Part shown: positions 46,057-55,901 of the stretch, one piece after another | Position numbering within the stretch: position 1 is the stretch's first letter | How the letters are laid out: each line of letters opens with the position of its first letter | DNA from: a virus | Strand: one strand, 5' to 3' | DNA length: 64,000 bases | Virus record (IMG/VR): IMGVR_UViG_3300045988_180880 | Span: 256,001 to 320,000 of that record | Program-made: the position numbers and the translations under genes | Notes under the pieces: model-generated | What the model was told of the DNA's origin: nothing | The model's input: only the letters and a program-made list of their open reading frames with translations | The model's database searches: none

Positions 46057-48414
46057 ATGAAAAATACAAGATTTATGGAAGTCCTATTCTCAGCTGTAGA
46101 GGATAAGGATGAAGAATTAGCAAAGCAAGTAGCCAAAGATATTGAAGATGCTAAGGCTAATGGCTCTGTTGATACTGAAGAAGTAAAATATGAAAATATC
46201 GGTGACGGTAAAGTTTCAGTAACAGACAAAGAAAATGGCGAAGTTACTATCGTTGAAAAGGCTTCCGATGAGGACGATACTTATGATATGTATCCAGCTG
46301 AACAATCTGAACAAATCGAGGGATATCTTCATCCGGAAGGGGATGGAGTAACTCCGGGTAATCAGGTAGGTGCAGTTGACGAGGAAGTTGAAAGTCATAT
46401 GGATGGTAGTGCTGTTATTGCACCGAATCTTCCTGATGGTGGTTTAAATCCAGCAGCTGGTCATGAAGAAAGTGTAGAAATTACTGCACAAGAAGGTCCT
46501 GAAGCTGTAGAAGAATGCGAAGAAAAAGAATTCTCTGTAAGTACTGATAATAGCGTAGTTCTTAGAATTTTCTCAGATCAAGAATTTTGTGAAAGATTAT
46601 TCTCAGAAGTTATTGAATCAGAAGAAACAGCTAAAGTAGGTGATCTTAAAGTAGAGAAAACTGGTGAAAATGAAGTAGTTGTTACATCAGAATCTACAGG
46701 TGATCAAGCAAAGGTAGAGTTTAATGGTGAAGATATGGATGTTACTGAGCTAGAATCTAAGAATTTTAGTGAAGCAGAACAGTTTGATCCGTTGTTTGTA
46801 GTAGGAGTAGATCCAGTAAATCATGTTATTGTAGATGCTCCAGAGTATGACGAAGCATCAGCTCAAGAATTAGTTCAGAGTTTAACAGAAAAAGGAGTAG
46901 CAGGAGTTAGAATTTTTGATAACCCCGAAGACGCTCGTGAATATGCTATCGATCTCTTGAATGGTCTTGGTGTAGTTGAAGATGAACAACTTGGAGAACC
47001 TGAACAAGCAGAATTTTCAGATCATACTATTTACTTAACTGAATTCCAAGCTGATAATACAGACTTTATGTGTCGTTTCTTCTCTGAATCTGTAGATAGT
47101 ATTAGTGCAACTCAGGATGCTATTGAAGATGCTATTGAAAATGGTGATGAGATTGAAACAGATTCTGAAGTTATTACACCTATCGATTCTAAGACTGCAG
47201 TTATACAGGATAAAAATAAAGATGAATTTACTAAAGTTAGTTTAGAAGGTGAAGAAATGGAGCTTGAAAAGATAAGCGAAGATCAAGCAGAAGAGTTGAC
47301 AGATCATATCGTTGTTTCTGAAGAAGAGGAAGACGAAGATGAGGAAGAAGAAAAAGAATTCTCTGATGTTTGGTGTGACGAAGCAGAAACTAAATTTTTC
47401 TCAGAAAATGAAGAACTTACTCAGTATATGATTCGTTTGTTCTCTGAAGAGGCTGATTCTGCTGAAATTGAAAGCGCAATCCAAACTGGCGAACAAGTAG
47501 AAACAGATAAAGAAATTATTACGCCTATCGATTCTAAGACTGCAGTTATACAGGATAAAGAAAATGGCGAATTTACTAAAGCTGAGATGGATGAAGAAGT
47601 TCTTGATGTTAATCCTATCTCAGAAGCAGAAGCCGATAATCTAACAAACAGTATTGCAGTAGAAGATAAAGTTGAAAATCATGAAGAAAAAGAATTTTCT
47701 GAAGATATCTACTGTAATGAGGCAGAAACTAAATTCTTCTCTGAAGGTGAGGAATTTACTGAATATATGGTTCGTCTATTCTCTGAAGAAGATGGTCATT
47801 GTCCAGTAGAAAAAGCTATTGAAACTGGTAAGAAAGTAGAAACAGATAAAGAAATCATTACTCCAATTTCAGCTACAGAAGCAATTATAGAAGATAAGGA
47901 AAATGGTGAATTTACTAAGGCTACTATGAGTGAAGATGATATTGAATGTCATCCATTATCAGAAGAAGAAGCTGACAAACTTGAAGAACATTCTATTGAT
48001 AAAGAAGAAAAGAAATTCTCAGGAGATTATGAAGATCCTATTCTTAATAAATTCTTCTCAGATGTTGTAGGTGCAGTTCCTGTTCCTGCTGGAGAAGTAG
48101 ATCCTAATACTCCTGTAATTCCTTTAGCTGATCCTAATGCTGTAGCTCCTCAGGAAGTAGCAGTTCCGGCAGGTGTTGCTCCTGCACAAGGTGGTGCTAC
48201 TAGTGTTGAAGCTATTGAAGATAAAGCACTTCAGGCAGTTCAAAGTATCCAAGCAGTAGCAGAAGAAGCAGCTCAGCAAATTATGGAAGCAAAACAAGCT
48301 CCTGCACAGGCTCAAGAACAAGATCTTCAGGAAGCTCAGTTCTCAGAAAAGAAATTCAGTGATACAAATGATACTCTAGTATCATGGTTGACTGGAAATA
48401 GTTTTCGTAAGTAA
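46057..48414 (+). CDS. highly acidic repeat protein (scaffold or decoration candidate)
   Basis: 785 aa, D/E-rich. Contains three ~113-115-aa tandem repeats and 17 [KRE]-x-F-S motifs. Confidence 0.6.
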   Translation: MKNTRFMEVLFSAVEDKDEELAKQVAKDIEDAKANGSVDTEEVKYENIGDGKVSVTDKENGEVTIVEKASDEDDTYDMYPAEQSEQIEGYLHPEGDGVTPGNQVGAVDEEVESHMDGSAVIAPNLPDGGLNPAAGHEESVEITAQEGPEAVEECEEKEFSVSTDNSVVLRIFSDQEFCERLFSEVIESEETAKVGDLKVEKTGENEVVVTSESTGDQAKVEFNGEDMDVTELESKNFSEAEQFDPLFVVGVDPVNHVIVDAPEYDEASAQELVQSLTEKGVAGVRIFDNPEDAREYAIDLLNGLGVVEDEQLGEPEQAEFSDHTIYLTEFQADNTDFMCRFFSESVDSISATQDAIEDAIENGDEIETDSEVITPIDSKTAVIQDKNKDEFTKVSLEGEEMELEKISEDQAEELTDHIVVSEEEEDEDEEEEKEFSDVWCDEAETKFFSENEELTQYMIRLFSEEADSAEIESAIQTGEQVETDKEIITPIDSKTAVIQDKENGEFTKAEMDEEVLDVNPISEAEADNLTNSIAVEDKVENHEEKEFSEDIYCNEAETKFFSEGEEFTEYMVRLFSEEDGHCPVEKAIETGKKVETDKEIITPISATEAIIEDKENGEFTKATMSEDDIECHPLSEEEADKLEEHSIDKEEKKFSGDYEDPILNKFFSDVVGAVPVPAGEVDPNTPVIPLADPNAVAPQEVAVPAGVAPAQGGATSVEAIEDKALQAVQSIQAVAEEAAQQIMEAKQAPAQAQEQDLQEAQFSEKKFSDTNDTLVSWLTGNSFRK
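47000..48010 (+). repeat. three tandem ~339-345-nt coding repeats
   Basis: ATTAC(A/G)CCTATCGATTCTAAGACTGCAGTTATACAGGATAAA occurs at 47173 and 47518; a diverged copy lies at 47857. Each unit starts GAAAAAGAATT(C/T)TCT (EKEFS). Confidence 0.8.
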
Positions 48415-48496
48415 TTAAATATAAATAGATAGGTTTATGGTTATCCTCAAAAACCATTTTACATAAACTAAAAATAATAAAAACATTATATATATT

Positions 48497-49945
48497 ATGA
48501 ATACACAGTATTTGCAAATGATGCAGACTCCTTCAATGATGGAGGCTCTTATTAATAGCTCAGTATCAGCAGAAGATGCTAACCTTCGTTCTCGTGAATA
48601 TGCTAAGATGTTCTCTCGTAACGATGAAATGAAAGATTTGTTTGGTCTAGGTAATGCAGGTAATTTGCTGCAGAAGACTTTCTCTGGTTATGCAGAAACT
48701 CCGTTGCTGTCTACTCAGTATTTCAATGCTTCTGTAGCTTCTTATGTAAGCTCATTCGCAGGTTATATGTCTATCGAACGTGACTTTGATCAGCCTAATG
48801 GTTTGTTCTATTGGTTCGACGTTTTGGGTGTAACTGATATGCGTTCTGTTATTCCTAACTTAGGTCCGGATAACTATCAGGATATTCAAGCTATGGGTAA
48901 CTTTACTTTGAATATTACTCCGACTACTAATGCTGACTACTCTTCTTTGATTGGTCGTAAGATTATCCCTGGTACAGTACGTGTTAAGATTGCTACTGCA
49001 ACTGAAAAATTCGAATTGATCGATAATGGTCAGGGTGCTTTCATGGCTGTTGCTGGTAAGATTTCTAACGGTACTATCAACTATTTGAATGGTCGTGTAG
49101 AATTTACTTTGGCTACTGCTTTGGCTGGTGATGCTGCTACTGAATCAATCACTATTGTAGGTAAGGAAGATGTTACTGGTACTCCTTGTAATACTATTGG
49201 TGCTTCTAATGCACATGCTAATGATAAGAGATTTATCGCTAAGATGCAACAGCTTGGTTTGGCTACTGTACCTGATATGTTGGTAGCTGAATATAACATT
49301 GCTGCTTTAGGTGCTATGAAGAAAGCAACTGGTTCTGATATGGCTACTTTCTTGTTCACTAAGCTTCGTGAATTGTATACTAAGGTAATTAACTATAAAT
49401 TGGTTTCTACTTTGGAAGAAGGTTATAATGGTAACGTTATGGCTGACTTGGATTTGACTCAGGGTGCTATGACTGGTCAGTTCATGGATTATCGTTCTAG
49501 AGTTGACTTGTTCGATGCTTACTTGATTAATGTTGAAAGTGCATTGGCAACTAAAGCTGTTAAGGGTGTTGATGTTACTGCCTATGTAGCTGGTAATATG
49601 GCATCTAATCAATTCCAGAAGGGTGGAATGATTGGTAAATGGGAACGTAATACTAAGATGACTTATATCAATGACCTGTTGGGTTGGTATAATGGTATTC
49701 CTGTACTTCGTTCTACTGATATTGCTGAAGCTCCGGGTGAAGGTACTTTCTATGCAATTCACAAAACAAAAGATGGTCAGATGGCTCCGCTTGCACGTGG
49801 TATCTATATGCCTTTGACTGATACTCCGACTATTGGTAACTACAATAACCCAACTCAGATGGCTTCTGGTATCTACTATCAGGAAGGTACTAAGTATATG
49901 GCTCCTGAATTGGTACAGAAGGTTACTTTCAAATTCGGTATCTAA
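48497..49945 (+). CDS. major capsid protein (putative)
   Basis: 482-aa ORF just downstream of the protease/scaffold genes. It has visibly higher GC and a distinct codon choice (CGT, CTG, GGT, GCT), and strong hairpins follow it. No homology search was done. Confidence 0.6.
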   Translation: MNTQYLQMMQTPSMMEALINSSVSAEDANLRSREYAKMFSRNDEMKDLFGLGNAGNLLQKTFSGYAETPLLSTQYFNASVASYVSSFAGYMSIERDFDQPNGLFYWFDVLGVTDMRSVIPNLGPDNYQDIQAMGNFTLNITPTTNADYSSLIGRKIIPGTVRVKIATATEKFELIDNGQGAFMAVAGKISNGTINYLNGRVEFTLATALAGDAATESITIVGKEDVTGTPCNTIGASNAHANDKRFIAKMQQLGLATVPDMLVAEYNIAALGAMKKATGSDMATFLFTKLRELYTKVINYKLVSTLEEGYNGNVMADLDLTQGAMTGQFMDYRSRVDLFDAYLINVESALATKAVKGVDVTAYVAGNMASNQFQKGGMIGKWERNTKMTYINDLLGWYNGIPVLRSTDIAEAPGEGTFYAIHKTKDGQMAPLARGIYMPLTDTPTIGNYNNPTQMASGIYYQEGTKYMAPELVQKVTFKFGI

Positions 49946-49965
49946 TTAAACCATAAAAATCATTT

Positions 49966-49987
49966 GGATCGTTAAACTCTCAGATCC
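49966..49987 (+). terminator. hairpin GGATC/GATCC after the capsid gene
   Basis: Nested inside the longer complement AAAATCATT...AAATGATTTT. Confidence 0.5.
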
Positions 49988-50074
49988 CTAAAGAATAAAA
50001 TGATTTTAAACAAAGAGAGGGATTCCCTAGGTCTTATAGACTTAAGGTTCCTTCTCTTTTTAATTTTTACAATT

Positions 50075-50440
50075 ATGGCAAGTACATTTAGATTAAAGAG
50101 AAAATTATATTCTGATGATAAAGGCGGAATGAGTACTGGGAAAAAATTAGCTTTAGGTGGCCTCGCAGCAGGTGCAGCCATTCTTGGGGCTAAAAAAGGT
50201 GCATTTGGTGCTAACATAATGGCTAAAACTAATACTGGACTAATGAAAGCTGGTAAAGCTGTTGGAGGAAAAGTTGGAGATAGAATGATGATGTCTGGAG
50301 CTAAGGATTTTGGAGTTGCACGAGCTAAACAAATTGATAATGCACTTTTAAAGAAAACAGGATCTCAGATGACAAAACAAGCTTTTAATGCAAAAGCTGA
50401 TCAAAAAGGTATGCAGGCACTTGGAAAAATTATGAAATAA
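50075..50440 (+). CDS. N-box Gly/Ala/Lys-rich protein
   Basis: The in-frame ATG at 50075 gives MASTFRLKRKLYSDD (the ORF track starts upstream at 50000). Contains LALGGLAAGAAILGAKKGAFGA. Confidence 0.55.
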   Translation: MASTFRLKRKLYSDDKGGMSTGKKLALGGLAAGAAILGAKKGAFGANIMAKTNTGLMKAGKAVGGKVGDRMMMSGAKDFGVARAKQIDNALLKKTGSQMTKQAFNAKADQKGMQALGKIMK

Positions 50441-50442
50441 TT

Positions 50443-50691
50443 ATGGCAACTTATAAGCTTAAAAGAAAAAATTTTGGATTATTTTCTCCATTCGCCAAAA
50501 CAGCGGCAAATTGGACTGCAGCAAAAGGAGCTTTTAAAGCAGGAGAAAATGCCAAAGGTTTTAAGAATTTAGCTTCTACTGTGGGAAGAGGCACTATTGG
50601 AATAGGTAAAGGATTAGGTGTTGCTGCCGCCGGAACTGCTGCATTAGGTGCTGGTACATTTTTAGCAGCAGAAAATAAAGCTAATAGTTAA
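50443..50691 (+). CDS. N-box Gly/Ala-rich protein
   Basis: Starts MATYKLKRKNFGLFS. Contains GIGKGLGVAAAGTAALGAGTFLAA. Confidence 0.55.
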   Translation: MATYKLKRKNFGLFSPFAKTAANWTAAKGAFKAGENAKGFKNLASTVGRGTIGIGKGLGVAAAGTAALGAGTFLAAENKANS

Positions 50692-50741
50692 GGAAGAAGT
50701 TAATCCCTGAAAATTAATTTTAAAATATTAAAATAAGTTTT

Positions 50742-51878
50742 ATGAGTGATGTAATTTACAGAGGTCTTAAACTCTCTTCTAATAAATGTAGGTATTTTCA
50801 AGTAAAAGAAGGACAAATAAGCTCTATAGTAGAGGATACTTCAAGATCTACTCTCACTCTAACTTATTCTCCAGGAAGTACTTCTGGAAGTTTATCAGAT
50901 CTTTTAGGAATACCGTGTACTGAAAAAAGAATCGACATGCTCCCTACAGGACTTCCTAAATTATTTAAAAATACTTATGTTACATTAAATGGACTTAAGT
51001 TAAGAAAATTAACTTATGATCCACATACTATTAATATAGTTATTGTAAATGACTCAGAATCTAGAGTTATCCAAAACTATAATTATACAACAATAGTAGT
51101 TTCGGAAGGAGATTATAAAAATCCTGAGTTTATAAATTTCTTGTTTTACTCTGGAAATCTTATATATCTTCAACCTATTGGACCTAGACCAAGCTGTTAT
51201 GAGATAAGAAATTTTCCTAAAATTATAATTAGTTCAGATGATGTTACACTTGAATCTGAATCTGAAACAATATTTACATTAAGAAGGAAATATAATGATT
51301 ATGTTATAAGAGCTGTAGATTATCAAGATCAATTTATTCTAGAATTACGTAAAATTTTAGATGATTATGGTTTAGAGTTAGTTAGAATTAATAAAGAAAC
51401 TACATTAACTAAAACATCACATGTTGTTTATCAATTTCTTCAGACTCCAGTGAAAGATAATCATCCTAAGTATTCTGATGATAAAGTAATGCAGCATAAA
51501 ATACCAGTTGAATTTTATCTAAGAAGTACTGATATGCCATTATTCTTTGACTTTAAAAATAGATATATGAATGTCACATTACTTACTAATTTCTGTGAAT
51601 TCAAAACATCAGATAGATATGGACAAAGATGGACAGCTGCAATAAAATGGGGAGGAATAACTGAAGATTTTAACCAGACATATCAACAAGATGATAATTC
51701 AAATTTCTCTTATCAATGTCAATTCAGATGTGAACTATTTTTCTATGAAGTAATTGATGATAGATATAAATTCCTAGAAGAAATAGTTCAGAATATAGAG
51801 TTTGAACGAAATAATCCAGATTATCATTATGAAGTTCCGGTTGATACTGAAACAACAATTATAAACAAAGGGTTATGA
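50742..51878 (+). CDS. hypothetical virion-module protein (378 aa)
   Basis: Long ORF whose stop overlaps the next start. No N-box. Confidence 0.55.
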   Translation: MSDVIYRGLKLSSNKCRYFQVKEGQISSIVEDTSRSTLTLTYSPGSTSGSLSDLLGIPCTEKRIDMLPTGLPKLFKNTYVTLNGLKLRKLTYDPHTINIVIVNDSESRVIQNYNYTTIVVSEGDYKNPEFINFLFYSGNLIYLQPIGPRPSCYEIRNFPKIIISSDDVTLESESETIFTLRRKYNDYVIRAVDYQDQFILELRKILDDYGLELVRINKETTLTKTSHVVYQFLQTPVKDNHPKYSDDKVMQHKIPVEFYLRSTDMPLFFDFKNRYMNVTLLTNFCEFKTSDRYGQRWTAAIKWGGITEDFNQTYQQDDNSNFSYQCQFRCELFFYEVIDDRYKFLEEIVQNIEFERNNPDYHYEVPVDTETTIINKGL

Positions 51879-52246
51879 TAAATTTTAGAAAGAAGAAATA
51901 CCTTATCCAAAATTTAATGCCGGACGCTATTGAATATTTAAAGAAACAAGGATTACGGCCTAATATTATAACTCCAGAGCAAGCAGATAGCGTTAGTAGA
52001 GTTAATTCTAAGGCTATGGTTTTAGTTTCATTTATAAAAAATGAGTCTGGATATTATCAAATTCAAGTACAGGATAAGGAATTATACAATTATACTCAAA
52101 AATTAATCAAAGATATTTTTAGAATGAGAATAACTGATATTAATAAAGAAACCAGAGTAATCACAGCAGAAACTGATCACTTAGGAATAGCTTTTGATAT
52201 TATAGAAATTCTCGCTACAAAATATAATTTATCAGTTGTGGCATGA
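51875..52246 (+). CDS. N-box protein
   Basis: Starts MINFRKKKYLIQN. Confidence 0.5.
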   Translation: MINFRKKKYLIQNLMPDAIEYLKKQGLRPNIITPEQADSVSRVNSKAMVLVSFIKNESGYYQIQVQDKELYNYTQKLIKDIFRMRITDINKETRVITAETDHLGIAFDIIEILATKYNLSVVA

Positions 52247-52953
52247 TTAAATTTAGACAGAAAGAATTTACAGAATATGATGCAATGAGAAGTCTTTATG
52301 TAAAACTTATGCGATATTCTGATAGAAATAAATTCGGAGTAATAGATACTAGTGCATTAATTCCTGTTCTTAGAGGAAATAATGTAGTAATCGAAAGATT
52401 TGTAATTAGTACTTCTATGTTTGGAAAAGATAAATATAGAATGTATCTAAAAATTGGTGCCAAAGCAAAGTTACCAGATGAGGTTAGACTTCCAGGTAAA
52501 ACATATGATAAACGTCTTGGAAATATGCAATTAAACGTAAGTCATTCTATATTTGCGCCAAAAGATAGTGATCCAAATTGGAATAATAACAATAATGGAG
52601 GAAATAATAATACTTCTTTAGGAGACACTTCTGGACCTAGGAATGATAATCCTGAAGAAAGAAGAGGTGGAAAAAAGAAAGAAAAGAAGTATTCAGAATT
52701 TCCAGGATCAATTTTAGAGCAAAGAGAATTTAAGAGTAAAGGCGGTGATAAACAATATCCCTATCTATCTGGTTCATTCTCTCCTTCCTTTGATCTATCT
52801 TATGAAGTTTCTGAATTGCTTGGAGAGGCTATCAAATATGATAAAAAATCAAGATCATTGGTCTTAGAATTCAAATCTATCGAAGATGCTATTAATGCAT
52901 TGAATATATTACCCTTCGGATTAGGTTATAAGATATATTTACTTAATGCATGA
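52243..52953 (+). CDS. N-box protein with Asn/Gly low-complexity insert
   Basis: Starts MIKFRQKEFTEYD. Contains NWNNNNNGGNNNTS. Confidence 0.55.
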   Translation: MIKFRQKEFTEYDAMRSLYVKLMRYSDRNKFGVIDTSALIPVLRGNNVVIERFVISTSMFGKDKYRMYLKIGAKAKLPDEVRLPGKTYDKRLGNMQLNVSHSIFAPKDSDPNWNNNNNGGNNNTSLGDTSGPRNDNPEERRGGKKKEKKYSEFPGSILEQREFKSKGGDKQYPYLSGSFSPSFDLSYEVSELLGEAIKYDKKSRSLVLEFKSIEDAINALNILPFGLGYKIYLLNA

Positions 52954-53174
52954 TGATTGTAAAGAGATTTTCTCAAACCAAGATATTAAATACTAATAAC
53001 CCAGCTCTTGGTTTCACTAAAGGGAGAAAATATGATACAGATATGGATAGACTGGGTAGAATGAATACTTCTCAACGTGAATTAGCTGGAATCGGTAATT
53101 TAGGAAAAGAAATGAGAAAATTAAATCAAGAATTAAATCGTGGAGGAAGAGGTAAATGGCAAGATACAGATTAA
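52950..53174 (+). CDS. small N-box protein
   Basis: Starts MMIVKRFSQTKIL. Confidence 0.5.
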   Translation: MMIVKRFSQTKILNTNNPALGFTKGRKYDTDMDRLGRMNTSQRELAGIGNLGKEMRKLNQELNRGGRGKWQDTD

Positions 53175-53443
53175 AAAGAAAATGTTACAATGCACTAACT
53201 GAAGCTGCCGGAAATACACTAGGAGGAGTTACAGAAGGAGTTGGTAAAGCTCTTGATAATAAAGTAGCCGGAATTGCTGGTGGTGTTTTAGGAGCTACTA
53301 AATTAGGAGGAACTATTGGAACAATGATAGGGGGACCATTTGGAAGTATTTTAGGTATGGGAGCTGGTTATCTCTTAGGTTCTGCAGCTACTAGAGGTCT
53401 TGGAAAAGGTCTTAAAACTGCCGGTCAAGATATGCAAACTTAA
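53156..53443 (+). CDS. N-box glycine-zipper protein
   Basis: Starts MARYRLKRKCYNAL. Contains AGIAGGVLGATKLGGTIGTMIGGPFGSILGMGAGYLLGSAA. Confidence 0.55.
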   Translation: MARYRLKRKCYNALTEAAGNTLGGVTEGVGKALDNKVAGIAGGVLGATKLGGTIGTMIGGPFGSILGMGAGYLLGSAATRGLGKGLKTAGQDMQT

Positions 53444-53462
53444 TTATAGGAGGATTTAAATT

Positions 53463-54494
53463 ATGATTAAGTTTAGACAAAAAGAATTTTTTTGGGGAAT
53501 GGCTTTAAATGCTGCAGGGGCTATTGGTACAGGTCTTTCTCTAAAACAAGGTTCTGATCAAATGAAACAAGCTGAGGAACAAGCAGCACAGGCAGAGGAA
53601 CAAAATAGAAAGATGACCAAAGCTTTAAATAAAATTGCAGAGAACGCAAAAAATAATCCACAAGCAGCACAACAAGCAGCAGATGTAATGGGACAAAAAC
53701 AGTTTGCTCAAATAAATTTTGCAAAACTTACAGCAACTCTTAAGAATAATAAAACTTTAGGAAATGCTAAAGGTCTCGCTAAAGATGTTGGTAAAATTGT
53801 GTGGAAAGGAAAAAATAAGCTGATTGGTGGAACTATGATGGGAGCTACAATGGCAGGAGCTTCATATCTTACTGATAAAGCAATTCAAAAAGATATGAAG
53901 AAAAATGGAATGCCTCTTGAAAAAACCTATTCTGCTGGATCTATAATGAAAGCAGTAAAAGGTACTGGAAAAGTTTTAGGAGAAGCTGCAAAAAAAAATA
54001 AAGGAACGTTAATAACGATGGCTGCTCTAGGTTCTGCTCCCATGGCTCTCGGATACTCTGCTGAAAAAGCTCAATATAAAGATCAGATGGCATTAACTCA
54101 GAGAAACTATGCAGTCCCTGGAGTAATGGCAGTTAAAAGATTACTTACTGGCGCTTCTAAATCTGTAAGAAATTCACAGATATTTAAAACTCCTGGACAA
54201 ACAATTTTAGGTGGACTTTCTAATTTATCTGGCGGAGGTGGTCGAAAAGGTGTATACAAATTCGGTCATCAGTTAAATAGATATGGAAAACACTCAGGTT
54301 CAGTATGGTCTCAAAAAGCAGGTAAATTCATTATGGATAACCCCAAAACAGCCTTAGCAGGTAGTATTCCAGTCGGTGCTGCAGTTTTAGGAGCAACATG
54401 GGGAACTGGAGAGAAAATAGTAAATAAAACAGCTCGGGCTCTAGATAAAGATGCTTTCAAATATCAAGATTCTAAAAATCAAGAAATACAATGA
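53463..54494 (+). CDS. N-box Gly/Ala/Lys-rich protein (343 aa)
   Basis: Starts MIKFRQKEFFWG and has several Gly/Ala hydrophobic stretches. Confidence 0.55.
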   Translation: MIKFRQKEFFWGMALNAAGAIGTGLSLKQGSDQMKQAEEQAAQAEEQNRKMTKALNKIAENAKNNPQAAQQAADVMGQKQFAQINFAKLTATLKNNKTLGNAKGLAKDVGKIVWKGKNKLIGGTMMGATMAGASYLTDKAIQKDMKKNGMPLEKTYSAGSIMKAVKGTGKVLGEAAKKNKGTLITMAALGSAPMALGYSAEKAQYKDQMALTQRNYAVPGVMAVKRLLTGASKSVRNSQIFKTPGQTILGGLSNLSGGGGRKGVYKFGHQLNRYGKHSGSVWSQKAGKFIMDNPKTALAGSIPVGAAVLGATWGTGEKIVNKTARALDKDAFKYQDSKNQEIQ

Positions 54495-54904
54495 TTATAA
54501 AAAGAAAATTATTCACTAAATACGACGATACTGATAATCTTAAAAGAATGAAGGATTCAGATATTCTTGCTGAAAAACCAAAACAGGCTCCTGGATATGG
54601 TTCTGTAGCTGGGGCTGCTCTTGGTGGGGCTGCTCTTGGTGGAACAGTTGGTTCTGTAGCTGGAGCTTTTGGAAAGAATAAGGCAGGTCGTAGTTTACTC
54701 GGAAGAATGGGTAAAGGTGGAAAAACTGGATTAGTTGTTGGTGGTCTTCTAGCAGGTGGAATGGCTCTTCGAAATAGAAATAAACAAGCTGAAAATAATG
54801 AATGGTATAATAAAAGACTTAATTATGCTCAAAGACAGGCTAGACGAAGAGAAAAACAAGATTGGAAGACGAATATGACTCAAAGAGATGGTTATTCCTA
54901 TTAA
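54491..54904 (+). CDS. N-box glycine-zipper protein
   Basis: Starts MIIKRKLFTKYDD. Contains GYGSVAGAALGGAALGGTVGSVAGAFG. Confidence 0.55.
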   Translation: MIIKRKLFTKYDDTDNLKRMKDSDILAEKPKQAPGYGSVAGAALGGAALGGTVGSVAGAFGKNKAGRSLLGRMGKGGKTGLVVGGLLAGGMALRNRNKQAENNEWYNKRLNYAQRQARRREKQDWKTNMTQRDGYSY

Positions 54905-54918
54905 AACTAATAAAAATT

Positions 54919-55872
54919 ATGGCAAAATTTAAACCAAAGAAAATAATCAGAGATGTAAAGGAGTTTTATAAAAATAATCCTACGGCAAAAATTACTACTG
55001 CCACTGCTGGATTTTCTGGAACTAATCTTGCTATTAATGCTACTAGAAAAAATTCTGATAAAAAATATCAAGAAGAACAACTAGAAGCAATGGATAAATT
55101 AACTAAAGCACTTGGAGGAGTTAATAAAACTTTAAAAGAGGTAGAAGTAAAAGAACCAAAAAAGACAACCTCTTATAAATTTAAAAAAATCTTTTCCGAG
55201 AGAAATGATAATAATATGATTACATTTAGAAGAAAAGACTTTAGTATATTATCTGATACTGTTAAAGGAGCTATAATTGGTGGAAACGTAGCTACCCTAA
55301 GTTTACCATTATCCGGAAAAGATGCTAAAAATATTAAATATGAAGGGAGTAATCCTACTTTCCGAAAATTAAATGCTCTAAGTCCATTTGCTAAACGACT
55401 TGGAGTAGTAGCCGCCGGAACATTAGTCGGAGCAGCTCTTGGAGCCTTAGTTGGTACTATAAAAAAAGGTGATGAGGCTATTTCCAGAAAGTTAACAGTT
55501 GACAATAGATTAATGGATAGAGTAGTAGAGGATCTTAAGAAAACAGGTTTTAAAGAAGGCTCCGATTTTACAAGAGATCCTAAAACGGCGGATTCTCTTA
55601 AATCAGCAATAAGTGTAGCTATAACAAGAAATTCTGGTGAACTTAGACTTCTAGTAAATACAATAGCAGATAATAAACTAAAAGATATAACAAAAAACAT
55701 AATACGAAATCTACCAAACTCAAGTGCAGTAACAGAAGAAAGTAAAAGTAGATATAATGAGATTTCTATAACTACTATATCTGATGGAACCGCTGATGTT
55801 GGTTTAATAGCTGGAATATGTGAAAAATTTATAAGAAATAAATATCCAGTATATCTCGTAGAAGTTGGTTAA
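54919..55872 (+). CDS. protein with N-terminal and internal N-boxes
   Basis: The ATG at 54919 gives MAKFKPKKIIRD. The internal KKIFSERNDNN-MITFRRKDFSILS has an in-frame ATG at 55216. Confidence 0.5.
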   Translation: MAKFKPKKIIRDVKEFYKNNPTAKITTATAGFSGTNLAINATRKNSDKKYQEEQLEAMDKLTKALGGVNKTLKEVEVKEPKKTTSYKFKKIFSERNDNNMITFRRKDFSILSDTVKGAIIGGNVATLSLPLSGKDAKNIKYEGSNPTFRKLNALSPFAKRLGVVAAGTLVGAALGALVGTIKKGDEAISRKLTVDNRLMDRVVEDLKKTGFKEGSDFTRDPKTADSLKSAISVAITRNSGELRLLVNTIADNKLKDITKNIIRNLPNSSAVTEESKSRYNEISITTISDGTADVGLIAGICEKFIRNKYPVYLVEVG

Positions 55873-55901
55873 ATAAAACAATTAATTATTATATTTAAAT
55901 T

